A stretch of 64,000 nucleotides of DNA, taken from NCBI RefSeq assembly GCF_006345805.1, contig NC_043005.1, positions 75,454,001-75,518,000 of the forward strand. Reading direction: 5' to 3'. Under the pieces are notes generated by a model. It was given only the letters and a program-made list of their open reading frames with translations. It ran no database searches and was not told where the DNA came from. A program made the position numbers and the translations under genes. This document shows, piece after piece, positions 11,451 through 25,373 of this stretch (its first letter is position 1; each line of letters opens with the position of its first letter). This stretch comes from Octopus sinensis. Lineage: Eukaryota.

Positions 11451-11860
11451 GAGGCGCAGGAGTGGCTGTGTGGTAAGTAGCTTGCTAACCAACCACATGG
11501 TTGCGGGTTCAGTCCCACTGCGTGGCATCTTGGGCAAGTGTCTTCTGCTATAGCCCCGGGCCGACCAATGCCTTGTGAGTGGATTTGGTAGACGGAAACT
11601 GAAAGAAGCCTGTAGTATATATGTATATATATGTATATGTATATGTGTGTGTGTGTGTTTGTGTGTCTGTGTTTGTCCCCCTTGCATTGCTTGACAACCG
11701 ATGCTGGTGTGTTTACGTCCCCATCACTTAGCGGTTCGGCAAAAGAGACCGATAGAATAAGTACTGGGCTTACAAAGAATAAATCCCGGGGTCGATTTGA
11801 TCGACTAAAGGCGGTGCTCCAGCATGGCCGCAGTCAAATGACTGAAACAAGTAAAAGAGT
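11451..11860 (+). mobile_element. tRNA-derived SINE with CORE-like cttgggcaagtg domain and internal microsatellite
   Basis: Head ggcgcaggagtggctgtgtgg...gggttcagtccc; TSD atattttgttga. Confidence 0.9.
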
Positions 11861-11918
11861 ATATTTTGTTGATGTATGTTGTGTTGCACACGCATACACA
11901 CACACACACACACTTGTA

Positions 11919-12110
11919 TATACCAGGGGGTCTGAAAAGTTCCTGGTTTTGGGTAAAAGAAAATGCAGGAGGATGAGTTAATTACGATTTTATTGAACAT
12001 ATTCCCCTCTCAGATTCACACACTTATTGCAGCAGTCCTACAGTTTTTCTAAGTCCTGTAAAAGAACTTGGAAGGTTAAGCCTCCAACCTAGCCTTTCGT
12101 GATACCCTTA
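11919..12110. mobile_element. Mariner terminal fragment
   Basis: taccaggggtctgaaaagttc resembles a mariner TIR start after TA. Confidence 0.5.
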
Positions 12111-12208
12111 AAACCAGGAACTATTCTGCACCCCATCACATATATATGCATACACACACACATATATATGTTTATGTTTTTATATAAATATGTGTATATC
12201 TATATTTT

Positions 12209-12281
<73 letters not shown>

Positions 12282-12315
12282 ATCTATCTATCTATATAAT
12301 GGTATGAGTTGGACT

Positions 12316-12703
12316 GTGGAGGCGCAATGGCCCAGTGGTTAGGGCAGCGGACTCGCGGTCATAAGATTGCGGTTTCGATTCCCAGACCGGGTGTTGTGAG
12401 TGTTTATTGAGCGAAAACACCTAAAAGCTCCACGAGGCTCCGGCAGGGGATGGTGGTGATCCCTGCTGTACTCTTTCACCACAACTTTCTCTCACTCTTA
12501 CTTCCTGTTTCTGTTGTACCTGTATTTCAAGGGGCTGGCCTTGTCACTCTCTGTGTCACGCTGAATATCCCCGAGAACTACGTTAAGGGTGCACGTGTCT
12601 GTGGAGTGCTCAGCCACTTACACGTTAATTTCACGAGCAGGCTGTTCCATTGATTCGGATCAACTGGAACCCTCATCGTCGTAACCGATGGAGTGCTAAG
12701 AAG
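12316..12703 (+). mobile_element. tRNA-derived SINE, family X, full length
   Basis: TSD atgagttggact; near-identical to 9556. Confidence 0.9.
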
Positions 12704-13393
12704 ATGAGTTGGACTACTAGCATGGATTATATGTATGTATGTATGTATTTATATATATGCCCTCATACACATACACATTCATGCATACATACACCCATGT
12801 GTATTCTCATGTGCATAATTCATGTGCACATGCACAGGGATTTACACACACAAATGTGTACACGCATATCCATATACACGTACACACAGCCATACTTATA
12901 CCATGCTTACATGCATGACCAAAACTCAGAAACATACATGCAAATGCTGCCATCTGTCATGCACACCTCAGCATCAATGCAGATATGCAAAAATATAAAA
13001 TACAAAAACACTGCATTTTTACAAAAATCCAGAGAAAGAAAACTAACAAAATATTGGAACAGCAAACTTATAGATGCTCAAATCACCAATTTACATTGTT
13101 ACACAAATGCTTGAATACACCAGATATATCAGTGTGTGAATTTATACCTACATGAGTGTTAAGTGCTACATGAATATACAGGAAATATATAAAAGAAAAT
13201 ATAAGCAAATTGTAAATTTTAAAACTGCTGGTAAAATATATAAATATATATATATGTTTGTATGTATATATATAGAGATAGTTATTATAATAATTATATA
13301 CATAATTATAACAAGGGATTGGCTATAAGCCTCTCCACACGCTAGAAATAGACACCAAAAGATGCCAATGCCACCTTAAAATCTCCAAAAAGG

Positions 13394-13780
13394 AAACTAG
13401 AAAAGAACTCAGAGAGCACAGACCTCTGCCAAGCAGCTCATTTTAAGATAGATACTCAAGTAAAATTACTAATAGAGAAACGAAAATAATTTTTGGAAAC
13501 AGCAACACCACCATAGGTGTTTTCAAGGGAGATAATCAAAGAACGTAACATTGTAATATTTCATGTAAAATAAATATAACAAATGAGAATTCCTTCAAGA
13601 ATCCATAAAAATTCCCGGATCACTACCAAAATTACATCATCTGTTCCTTGTGTCATTACCAACTTTTCTTGCAAGTTTCATCAAATGCCGTTCACAACTG
13701 TTTGAGTTTTTTGCACACAGACGGACAGACGGACAAACCAATGCTGATGAAAACATAACCTCCTTCTTTGGCAGAGGTAA
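13394..13780 (+). mobile_element. Helentron-associated non-autonomous element (HINE-like)
   Basis: Subterminal inverted repeat cctctgccaag / ctttggcagagg, 3' hairpin aacataacctcc...ggcagaggtaa, internal (GACG/GACA)n. Confidence 0.6.
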
Positions 13781-13799
13781 ACATGGGCTGTAGTCGAGC

Positions 13800-14291
13800 A
13801 AAAGAAAGATAATGAATTAAACTTTTGGTTAAACATGTACAAGATCCTGTTTCAAGCTTAAGGTAAAAAATTTATACCTACTGCTATCTTCTGACACATG
13901 GAAATCTTTTGCAATTGACCTCATGGACTTTTTGGGATTGTAATCAATGGTCTGTTGAACTTTCTGGATAAATTCAAGTGTTCTGATGATTTCAGGGTGT
14001 TTAGAATACTTTTTATGCTTTGATACTGGTGATAACGTTTCCATCTTCAGTATCTAGCTCCTTACAAACTTTGTAGATAAGAAATCAGGCAACTTTTAAA
14101 AAAAAAGTTGAGATATTTCTGAATTGTGATGCTCAGCCATTATAAACACAATGATAGCTTGCCTTTTCATCTCTTGATTAAGCTGAGGGTCTGCCATTAT
14201 TATTTTCTGAAACAAAGATTATATAGAGTTAGCAAAAAATGCAGCAATGACCTAACAAAGGTATGTCCTCAAATACCTTATGCACCCTGTA
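13800..14291 (-). mobile_element. Tc1/mariner (DD37D/maT-like) fragment
   Basis: Peptide RTLEFIQKVQQTIDYNPKKSMRSIAKDFHVSE; terminus caccctg-ta. Confidence 0.6.
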
Positions 14292-14351
14292 TATATATGT
14301 ATATATATGTGTGTGTATGTGTATATATATATATATATATGTGTGTGTGTT

Positions 14352-14384
<33 letters not shown>

Positions 14385-14590
14385 ATCATCATCATCATCA
14401 TTAATGTCCGCTTTCCATGCTTGCATGGGTTGGATGGTTTGACTGAGAACTAGCAAATCAGGAGGCTGTACCAGGCCCAAATCTGATCTGGCAAGGTTTC
14501 TACAGCTGGATGCCCTTCCTAATACCAACCACTCCAAGATTGTAGTGGGTGCTTTTATGTGTCACTGGCATGGGGGCCATTCAGGCGGAA
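14385..14590 (-). mobile_element. RTE 3'-end fragment with (CAT)n
   Basis: Same tail family as 60478. Confidence 0.8.
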
Positions 14591-14758
14591 CTGACATATA
14601 TCTATGTGTATGTCTCTCTCTTTCTCTTTCTCTTTCTCTCTCTCTCTCTCTCTGTCTATTTTATCTATCTATTTGTCCGTCTGTGTGTATGTATGTATGT
14701 ATATATGTATGTGTGTATGTATGTATATATGTATGTGTATATATATATATATATATAC

Positions 14759-14826
<68 letters not shown>

Positions 14827-15249
14827 ACACACATATAATCTCCAAAAAGAAAGTTTGCAAAAACTCATCCAATTATTTAATAATTGCTGGACAATTCATT
14901 AAAATTTTGAATAATTGCTTAGCAATAATAAAAGATATCATTATGAAAAGCATTAATTATCTGAGAATTAGAAAAGCTTTATAGATGCTTAAAAATATAA
15001 ATATTTAAATATATAAATATATTAATATCAGCAGAATAATGGATTGTATAATGATTATCATATTATGATAATATTATCACATCTAGTCATTAAAATATAT
15101 GGCTCTGTGGTTAAGAAGCTTGTATGGTTTCAGGTTCAGTCCCACTGCATGGAACCTTGGACAAGATTCTTTACTATATCCCTGGGACAACCAATGTATT
15201 GTGAGTAAATTTGGGAGATAGAAACTGTGTGGAAGCCCATCACTCATTG

Positions 15250-15281
<32 letters not shown>

Positions 15282-15285
<4 letters not shown>

Positions 15286-16139
15286 GTGTGGTGAATAAAC
15301 TTGTTTAAATTACACAAAAATGAAAAAAAGCACTGTCATCTTATTTTAACAGATATATTTACCAAAATTACATAAAAATATCTTGAAATACTAAAGAGTA
15401 AAATTATTCAATATAATCACCATTGGCTTCAACCAGGGCCTCCAGACGACTTTGGAATCTTCTGCAATTCTTCTGGGCAGCCTCCTTGTTTAAGTTGGTG
15501 AATGCTACTATATTCCTTACCTTCAGTTCATCTTTGGTATTACAAGGAGTTTTGTTGGTCGCTCACTCAACTGTGCCCCACACATAATGATCAAGGGAGA
15601 TGCAATTGGTGAGTCAGGTGGCGAGATGTCAGGGGTGATGTGGTCACAGAAATTTTCTGACAGCTATGACTGGGTTCTCCCGCTTGTGTGGCATGATGCA
15701 GTGTTCTGTTGCCAAACATAGAGTCTGCCAACAGCCATCTTCTTGGCCCAGGGCAGCACTACCTCCTCCAGGCTTCTGTGTTGAGTCTGAGACCATGTGG
15801 GAAAGATGAATGGAGGCATAATGTCACCATCATAAGTGACACTTCAAACACCATAGCGTTGACTGGATGTTTGGTTTTTATCACTCTTGGTACATGTCCT
15901 CAGATTGACACCCAAACATTCTGAAATGTTCATATTGGAGTTTCCAACATGAATGTCAAGCAGTACAGCATGATGTTTCCAAATTTCTGGCAGAGTGAAT
16001 TGTGTCATGGTGCTGTTTTTCTCACAGGTGGTACCCAACTGACCCTACCATATTCTGTTGACAACAAAATCAAAAACAAACAATATGCATGTGCAAAATT
16101 CAAAATATAAAACGGTGACAATTTACCTATTGCACCCTG
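15282..16139 (-). mobile_element. Internally deleted DD37D/maT-like DNA transposon
   Basis: Termini cagggtg...caccctg. Minus-strand remnants DGDIMPPFIFPHGLRLNTEA, YVWQQN(D)TASCHTS, PPDSP..LDHYVWG and PCNTKDELK. Confidence 0.8.
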
Positions 16140-16295
16140 TTTATCATATATTGTATATATGCATATATATATTCCGATCTGGCATGGGTTGGATGGTTTG
16201 ACATGGAGATGGCTAGCAGTGAGCTGCCCAAACTCCAACTGTCTGTTCTAGCATGGTCTCTATGGCTGGATGCCCCTCCTAATGCCAATCACATG

Positions 16296-16645
16296 TGGGA
16301 AAAATGAATGGAGGCATAACATCACCATCAAAAGTGATCACTCCAAACACCATGATATTGACTGGATATTTGATTTTTGGTACATATCCACAGATTGCAC
16401 TGTCCTCAGATTGACGCCCAAATACTCTGAAATGTTTTTATTGGAGCTTCCAGTGCGAATGCCAAGCAGTACAGTATGTCGTTTCCAAATTTCTGGCAGA
16501 GTGAATTGCGTCATGGTGCTGCTTTTCTCACAGACAGTACCCAACTGACCCTACTATACTGTGTAGTCGACAAAATCAAAGACAAACAATGAGTGTGCAT
16601 GAAATTCAAAATATAATATGATGACAATTTACCCACCACACCCTG
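16296..16645 (-). mobile_element. Second partial copy of the same deleted maT element
   Basis: Aligns to 15805-16139; ends caccctg-ta; N-terminal peptide MTQFTLPEIWKRH. Confidence 0.75.
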
Positions 16646-16934
16646 TATGTGTATATTGTTTTCGTTATTTTTCATCCTGTTTTACATATGTGAGTTACAT
16701 GTATATGTTATATGTGGAGTTATATTTGTAGAAAATAGAAATAAGTGGTCTTTGACTGCTATTTCTAATTTTTCGGTATGTGGTTAAGCAACCTGTTGCT
16801 TGCCCTTTATATATATAACTTTTTGAAAAAGTTCCTACCGATAATGGTTATATTTCCATACGGAAATCTACCAGGAAATAATCGTTGATTTTGAAATTAA
16901 TAATTATTTACCCTTATATTATAAATATATATAT

Positions 16935-17190
16935 TATCATCATCATCATCATCATTTAAAGTCTAGCATAGGTTGGACGATTTGACTGAGGTCTGGCAAA
17001 CCAGACTCCAATCTGATCTGGCAGAGTTTCTACAGCTGGATGCCCTTCCTAATGTCAACCACTCCGAGAGTGTAGTGGGTGCTTTTACGTGCCACCGGCA
17101 CGAGGGTCAGTTTGGTCATACTGGCAACAGCCACGCCCAAATAGTGCTTTTTACATGCCACCTGCACAGGAGCCAGTCCAACGGCACTAG
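16935..17190 (-). mobile_element. RTE 3'-end fragment
   Basis: (CAT)n followed by ctggatgcccttcctaa...gagagtgtagtgggtg. Confidence 0.8.
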
Positions 17191-17965
17191 GTAGGTAGGG
17201 TAAAAACTCAGCTGTTTCTTCTTGAAGCACATTGCTTATTTCATTATTACAATCTAGTTTGTAGTTGTTGTAATGATGTGAAGTACATATTAGAGTGTTA
17301 GATTTGAAATTGCTGGAAATATTGTTTGCAGAATTATTGTATAACAAAACTGTTGGATCACAACCACATGGTTCCAGGTTCAGTACCACTGCATTGCACC
17401 TTGGGTAAGTGTCTTCGATTATAGCCTTGGGTTGATCAAAGTCTTGTGAGTGGATTTGTTATGTGAAAACTGAAAGAAGTGTGTTGTATATATATATATA
17501 TAGGCATTTGAAATATATAAATTCATATATATTTATATGAATATATAAATACATGTGAAATTTGACTGGCGAATGTTTTATTGTTAAAGTGAAAGCATTT
17601 GATATAAAATAGAGAAATATTTTTGTTTCACTTTTAACATGTAATACTGAAATAGTGGAGAAGATATGATATTGCCATGGGCTCGCTCTAGGCAAGAAGT
17701 TGAACATTTTTTTTGCCCATGAAACTACATAGACCCTAAGTAAGGCATGTGTAAAATTTGAATGAAATTGATTGTGTAGTTCTCAAGTTTTAGGGAAACA
17801 CACAGACAGACAGACAGACATTCTCAGTTTTATATATATAATAAAGATATATGTATATATATATGTATGTGGCAGCACCAATTGATGACAGCACCAACAT
17901 TCGCCAGTCAAATTTCACATGTATTTATATTCACACACAGATATACACACTTTATTGATGACACA

Positions 17966-19554
17966 TCTATATATATAAAAGTGAAGTTGTGTGAGTGTCT
18001 GTCTCCTACGATTTAGATTCCTAACTACTCCCACATTTTGCGGTGCAGTTTCACCAAATTCGGGTATCTTATAGTCGTGATTCATATCGAGCCCATCTAG
18101 GTATTAGAGCGTGTCTACGATGAGTCTACGATTTAAAAAATAATTTACCATAATTTTTTTCCATTTTAATGCATATTTTTTAAAGGCTGTGGGGAAGGGA
18201 GTGTAAGGAAATCAACGTCGTAAAGCGTTGTCAAGGAGACCAGCGTTCTTTTAGAACAATGACTTCATGGCTTGAAGACACCAAAACAGAAATGGCTAAG
18301 AAAACCCGAAAGCAAATTCTACAAAATCGGGAAACACGCCACACAGGGAAGGTTTCCCATGCAAATAATTTGCACAACCGAATATTATAGTTGTTGCACA
18401 ACTTTTACTTAAAAAATATTATCCAAACACAAACTTTTGAAGGCAATATTGTATGGCGATGGTACTTGTGAAATATAGTAATGGATTTTGTAGCCAAAAG
18501 GAGAGAGCAGAGGCATAGTATGGTGGTGGTGGAGGCGGTGGTAGTGGCAGCGGTGGTGGTGGTGGTGCTGGTAGTAGTGATTGTGGTCGTGGTCGTGGTG
18601 GTTGTCGTGTTGTGGTGGTGGTGGTGGTGTTGTTGTTGTTGTTGGTGGTGGTTGTGGTGGTGGGGTTGGTGATGATGGTGGTCGTGGTGGTCGTGGTGAT
18701 GATGGTGGTGGCAGTGGTGGTCGTGGTGGTCTTCGTGATGGTGGTGGTGATGGTCATGGGCGTAGTGGTGGTGGTGGTCATGGTGGTAGTGGTGATGGTG
18801 TTGGTCATGGTGGTGGTGGTGGTGGTGACTGAAGCTGTCGTCTGGGTTCTTCCAATTTTTTCATGTGTCGGTGGCGGCGTTGGCGTTCATGCTCGCACCT
18901 GCACCTGTGTAGCTCCTTCCCTTCTTCCCTCCCTCGTGAAGCTGTGGGGAAGGCAGGGTAGGGAAATCAACGTCGTAAAGCGTTGTCAAGGAGACCAGCG
19001 TTCTTTTAGAACAACGACTTCATGGCTTGAAGTCGCCAAAACAGAAATCGCTAAAAAAGCTGAAACAGATCTACAAAAACGGCAAAAACCGCCACACAGG
19101 GCGGGTTTCCTGTGCAAACAATTTGCACAACCGAATGTTTTAGTTGTTGCACAAATCTTTATATATAAAAGTGAAGTTGTGTGTCTGTCTCCTGCGATTT
19201 AGATTCCTAACTACTCCCACATTTTGCGGTGCAGTTTAACCAAAACCGGGTATCTTATAGTCGTGATTCATATCGAGCCCTTCTGGGTATTAGTGCGCGT
19301 CTACGACGAGTCTACGATTAAAAAAAAAATTTACCATCATTTTTTTCCATTTTAATGCATTTTTTCGCTATTATATAAGGGAAGTAACTCTCTAAAAATG
19401 TCTACGATGAGTCAACGATTTAAAAAAAAAATTACCATAATTTTTTATTCCATTTTTAATGCATTTTTTTGCTATTTTTTTGCTATAACTCTCTAAAAAT
19501 GCTTATATAGTTATTTCCCTTACAAACCCGAGCAACGCCAGGCGATACTGCTAG
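17966..19554 (+). mobile_element. Composite non-autonomous Helitron (two TC 5' ends, one CTAG 3' end)
   Basis: A|TCTATATATATAAAA at 17966 and A|TCTTTATATATAAAA at 19156; GC hairpin then CTAG|T at 19551-19555; internal blocks duplicated. Confidence 0.8.
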
Positions 19555-20003
19555 TAGTATATATGATTTGTTTATAAGCTGAATGGCTGTGATATAGTGT
19601 CCTGGGAAGCATGCCTTCATGATGCCAAGTGTTAAAGAGTAGTGAATGTCTTAGACTAGGCAAGACTTTCAATGTTCATTAATACTCAGCATTGTGAAGG
19701 TGTGATTCTCAGGATGCTGTCCCACAGCCAAGAGGCATAGAAACAAATCACATACCATATGTATGTGTCATCGATAATGTCTACACTATTAGAGCTGCTT
19801 TTAATTAAAAATTTAATCAATGTATGTTTGTATGTATGTATGTATCTATTTATCTATGTATTTAATATATATATATCTATATGTGTGTATATCTAGGATT
19901 GGTCAAATGATGTGGCCACAGCTGATGAGACCCCCAATAAAGGTTGAAAATCAATTAAGGTTGTTCATCATTTGTTTTACAATCTCTAGTGAAATAGGTT
20001 AAT

Positions 20004-21900
20004 TTGACATGTCTAATATATAGCTTTTTCTTTCTCTTCCACCTTTTCCTCCTCCCCTCTTCTCCCTCTTCCTTCTTCTTCTTCCTCTTCTCTCTCTTCC
20101 TCTTCTTCTCTCCCTTCCTCTTCTTCTCTCTCTTCCTCTTCTTCCCCCTCTTCCTCTTCTTCTCCTACCTACTCTTCTTCCACCTCCACTTCCTCCCATC
20201 TTCACTTCCTCCTCTTTCTCTCTTTCTCCCCATCTCCATTTCCCCCTCTTCCTCTTCCTCCTCCTCTACTTCTCCACTTCATCTACTTTTCCACCTCCCT
20301 CTACTTCCTCCACTTCTCCTTCCCTCCTCATCCACTTCCTCCTTCCCTTTCCCCTTCTCTCCTACTCTCCTCCCTTCCTCTCTCTTCCTCTCCGCCCCTC
20401 CTCCCACCTCTCCTCCCCGTCTCCCTCCTCTCCTCCCATTCTCCCTCCTCTCCTCCTCCTCTCCCCTCTCCTCCTCTTCTCCACCTCCTCCTCTTCCCTC
20501 TTCCTCTCCATCTTTCTCTCCTCCCACTTCCTCCCCTTCTTCCACCTCCACTTCTTCCTCCTCTATTTCTCCACTTCCTCCTCTTCTCCTCTTCTCCACT
20601 TTCTATTTATTTCTTCCTTCCCTTCTCCTCCTCCTCTCCTCTCCTTTCCTCCTCCTCCTCCTCCTCTCCTCCTCCTCTCTCTCCTCTCCTCCTCTCCTCC
20701 TCTCCTCCCATTCTCCCTCCTCTCCTCCTCTCTCTCCTCTCCCTCCTCCTCTCCTCCCCCTCTCCTCCTCCTCTCCTCCTCCTCTCCCCTCTCCTCCTTG
20801 CCTGCTCTTCCTCTTCCTCCCCTCCTCCTCCTTCCCCTTGCCTCTCCTCTCCTTCCCCTCGCCTCTCCTCCTCTCCTCCTCTCCTCCCCCTCTCCTCCCC
20901 ATCTCCTCCCCATCTCCTCTCCTTTCCTCCTCCTCCTCCTTCCCCTCTCCTTCCTCTCCTCCCTTCTCCCTCCTCTCCTTCCCCTCGCCTCTCCTCCTCC
21001 TTTCTTCTCCTCTCCTTTCCTCCTCCTCCTCCTCCTCATCTCCGTCCTCTTATCCTCTCCTCACTCTTCTCTCCTCTTGTCCCTCCTCTCCTCCTGTCTC
21101 TTCTCCATCCTACTCTCCTCCCTCCTGTCCCCCCTCATCTCCCTCCTCCTCTCTCTCCTCTCCCTCCTCCTCTCTCTCCTCTCCCTCCTCTCACTCTTCC
21201 AGTCCTCCCTCTTCTCCTCCATCTTCGTCTCCTCCCTCTTCATCTCCACCCTCTTCTTCTCCTTTCCCCCCTTCTTCCCCCCCTTCCTTTCCTCCTCTCC
21301 CTCCTCCTCTCCCCTCCCTCTCCTTCTCTTTCCTCTTCCTCTCCCATATCTCCATCATCTCACCACCCCACTTCCTCCTACATCAATCTTCTCCCACTTT
21401 CTCCCCTCCTACTGATCCTCCCTATTTCCTCTTCACCCTTGTCACCACCACCACCACCACCATCATCTACTATTTCTTTCATACCAGTGTCTAACCACCC
21501 CTCTCTGGTCTTCTTTCCCTTTCTCTCCTCATTTCTCTCTTATTCCTTCTTTCATTCCCCTCCTGCCTTCACTTCTACTTCCTTTCACCTTCATTTTTAT
21601 TTCATTTCTCTGACAATCCTCTCCCTCTTTTTCTCAATTTTTTCTTTTCTTTTTTCCTCTCCAACTCTCTCCAACCTCTTTTCCTCTCCTCACTCATCAT
21701 CCTTTCTTCCCTTTGTCTCTAATTCCTTACCTATCCACGTTTTCCCCTCTCTTCTCAACACTGTTTGTCTCTATCTGTCCATCTGTCTCTCTGTCCGTCT
21801 GTCCGTTTATCTCTCTTTCTCTCTCTCTGTTTGTCTCTGTCTCTCTATCAATCTGTCTCTCTATCTCTCTCCTCCCTTCTCTGTCTCCTCCCCCTCTCTT
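20004..21900. repeat. ~1.9 kb polypyrimidine (CCT/CTT)n tract
   Basis: Almost exclusively C/T on the plus strand. Confidence 0.95.
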
Positions 21901-22360
21901 CATCTACTCACCCCTGGCCTTCTCCTCCAGTTACTCACTATTAAACACTACCATTTAATATCACATCACATCACATCACATCATATCACATCACACATTT
22001 CTAAGCATAGAAATTCTACAAACCTATTGTATATGGAACTATTTCCAGACTCCAGATTCAGAACTCCAAGAGGGTGGCTCAGTGTTACCACAGAACAGCA
22101 AAGCAGAGTTACAATCTATCTCTATCTATCTCTCTACCTACCACCCCCTATTTCTCTCTCGTTTTTTGCTATTTACCTACCTCCTTCCCACCCTGTTTCT
22201 CTGTCTTTCTTTCTCTTTCTCATACATAGATGCATGCATTCAAACACAAATACAAATATACATACAGATCCATCTAAATGCGCACAAATATACACATGCA
22301 TATATATACATATATATATATACACACATATATATATATCTATATCTATATCTATATATC

Positions 22361-22446
<86 letters not shown>

Positions 22447-22766
22447 TAGATAGATATGTGCACAGGGCTCCACAAATAATATGCTCACACATATAAATGT
22501 CAACATAACTATACATACATACATATAGAAAAACCAACACGCACACACATAAATACACCAGTGCACACAAGCACACAGACATACAGATCTATGTATACAC
22601 AAAAGCACAAGACAAATAACACACACTCACACATGTATGCATACACGCATGCACACAAGCATATCCACATACAGATATAAAGACATATATATATTTCAGT
22701 GACACGCATTCAAGCACAGACAAATAAGACACACCCACAATCACCCACACATACACACACGTACAT

Positions 22767-22801
<35 letters not shown>

Positions 22802-23238
22802 TACGCACATGAACTGGAAAAGTAAATTGAGATCACATCGGGTGGAGGGATATTGAAGAATTAAAGGAATTCCCTCCCATTTCTTTATTTATATAATCTT
22901 TCGCATTACACTGCTTTTCTTAACATCATCAACATCTTGTGTAGTTCCATAACACTTTTATCTTTTCTCTTCTTTCTTTTATATCAGGAATGTTCTGGAA
23001 GAGAACTGAAGCTAAGAACATTACCTTTTAGTTTGTCTGTCTAATTTCAATACCTCAGTGTAATGTTTGTTTGTAACTGACAGACTTATGCCTTGAGTTT
23101 TCTTTTATAATTTTTCTCTTAACGTATTTTTAATCAATCTTCTAGAGTCATACCATTATGTAATGAAGTAATATCTTTAGCTATCAAATATATATATATA
23201 TGTTTGTTTATTACTCAAGCTACTTGTCTGTCTGTTTG

Positions 23239-23754
<516 letters not shown>

Positions 23755-24904
23755 TGTAAATAAGTGTCTATGTGTGTATGTATCATCATCATCAACATCA
23801 TCGTTGTCATTTAATGTCTGCTCTCCATGCTGGCATATGTTAGACGGTTTGACTGGCACTGATGAGCTGGAGGGCTGCACCAGGTTCCAGTCTGATTTAG
23901 CATGGTTACTGCTGCTGGATTGCCCTTCCTAACGCCAACCCCTCCAGGAGTGTAATGGGTGTTTTTATATGCCACCAGCATGGGTGCCATTTACATCACA
24001 CTGGCAGTGATCCCAAAGATTCATGGGTGCCATTTGCATGGCGCTGACAATATATATATATGTGTAGAAGTGTGTGTGTGTGTGTGTGCGTGTGCGTCTG
24101 TGTGTGAAAACATGTGGCTTAGTGGTTAGGTTATTTGACTCACGGACTTAAAGTCATGAGTTTGATTCCTAACACTGCACTGTGTCCTTAAGCAAGACAC
24201 TTTATTTCACATTGTTTTAATCCACTCTAGTGTCAAAAATGAGTAGGGCCTGTATTCAAAAAGGGCCAGCCTTGTCACATTCTGTGTCACACTGAATCAT
24301 CATCATCATCATCATCATTGTTTAATGTCTGCCTTCCATGCTAGCATGGGTGGGACAGTTTCACAAGAGCTGGCTAGGCCAAAGCCTGAACCAGACATCT
24401 GTGACTGTTTTGGCAGGATTTTACAGTTGGATGCCCTTCCTAACATTAACCACTCACCAGAGTGGACCTAGTGTTTTATTTTTTTTTTGCGGCACAAGCA
24501 AGCAAAGGCGAGGTCAGTTTTGGCAAAGTTTTTACAGCTGGATGACCTTCCAAATACCAACCACTTTACAGTGCGGACTAGGTGCCTTTAAGTGGCACCT
24601 GCTTTGACACAGTCACCAAGTACTTGAAAAAAAACACTTTCAAGAGGAAAGGAGGCTTTGGAGGAGGTGATCTTGTGTTAGATGATGAATAGGTTATAGT
24701 GAGACAGATACAGGTACCTTGCTGTAGAGGAAGTACAAGGTTACCTGGCTGGAGAGAGAAAGATCATGATTGAAGACAGAAAGTGGTGTGCTATCACAAC
24801 TCCCTGAAAACTACGGTAAGGGTATGCATGTTCAGTTGATAGGGACAACTGGAACCCTTGTCAGCATAACTGATGGAGTGCCAGTTTACAAATTCTTTTA
24901 ATCT

Positions 24905-25310
24905 TTTACTTGTTTCAGTCATTTGACTGTGGCCATGCCGGAGCACTGCCTGAAAGTGTTTTTGTCGAAGAAATTGGTCTCGGGACATTTTCTGTGTAAG
25001 CCTAGTGCTTATTCTATCGGTCTCTTTTGTCAAACTGCTACGTTATGGTGGCATAAACATACTAGCACTGGTTGTCAAGTGATGGCTGGAGCAGGGGGAC
25101 AAACACAGACACACACATGCAAATATATATATGTATGTATGTATATACAATGGGCGTCTTCCAGTTTCTGTCTACCAAATCCACTCATAAGGCTTTGGTC
25201 GGCTTCAAGGCTATAGTAGAAGACATTTGCCCAAGGTGCCATGCAGTGAGACTGAACTTGGGAACCATGTGGTTGGGAAGCAAGCTTCTTACCACACAAC
25301 TACCACACCT
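24905..25310 (-). mobile_element. tRNA-derived SINE (11451 family)
   Basis: Reverse complement match, head partly degenerate. Confidence 0.85.
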
Positions 25311-25319
25311 ATTTCTCTT

Positions 25320-25371
<52 letters not shown>

Positions 25372-25373
<2 letters not shown>

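Noticed and set aside
20004-21494. 496 aa Ser/Pro/Leu-rich ORF and opposite-strand Arg/Glu/Gly ORFs
   Set aside because: Artefact of the (CCT)n tract; all frames are similarly open.
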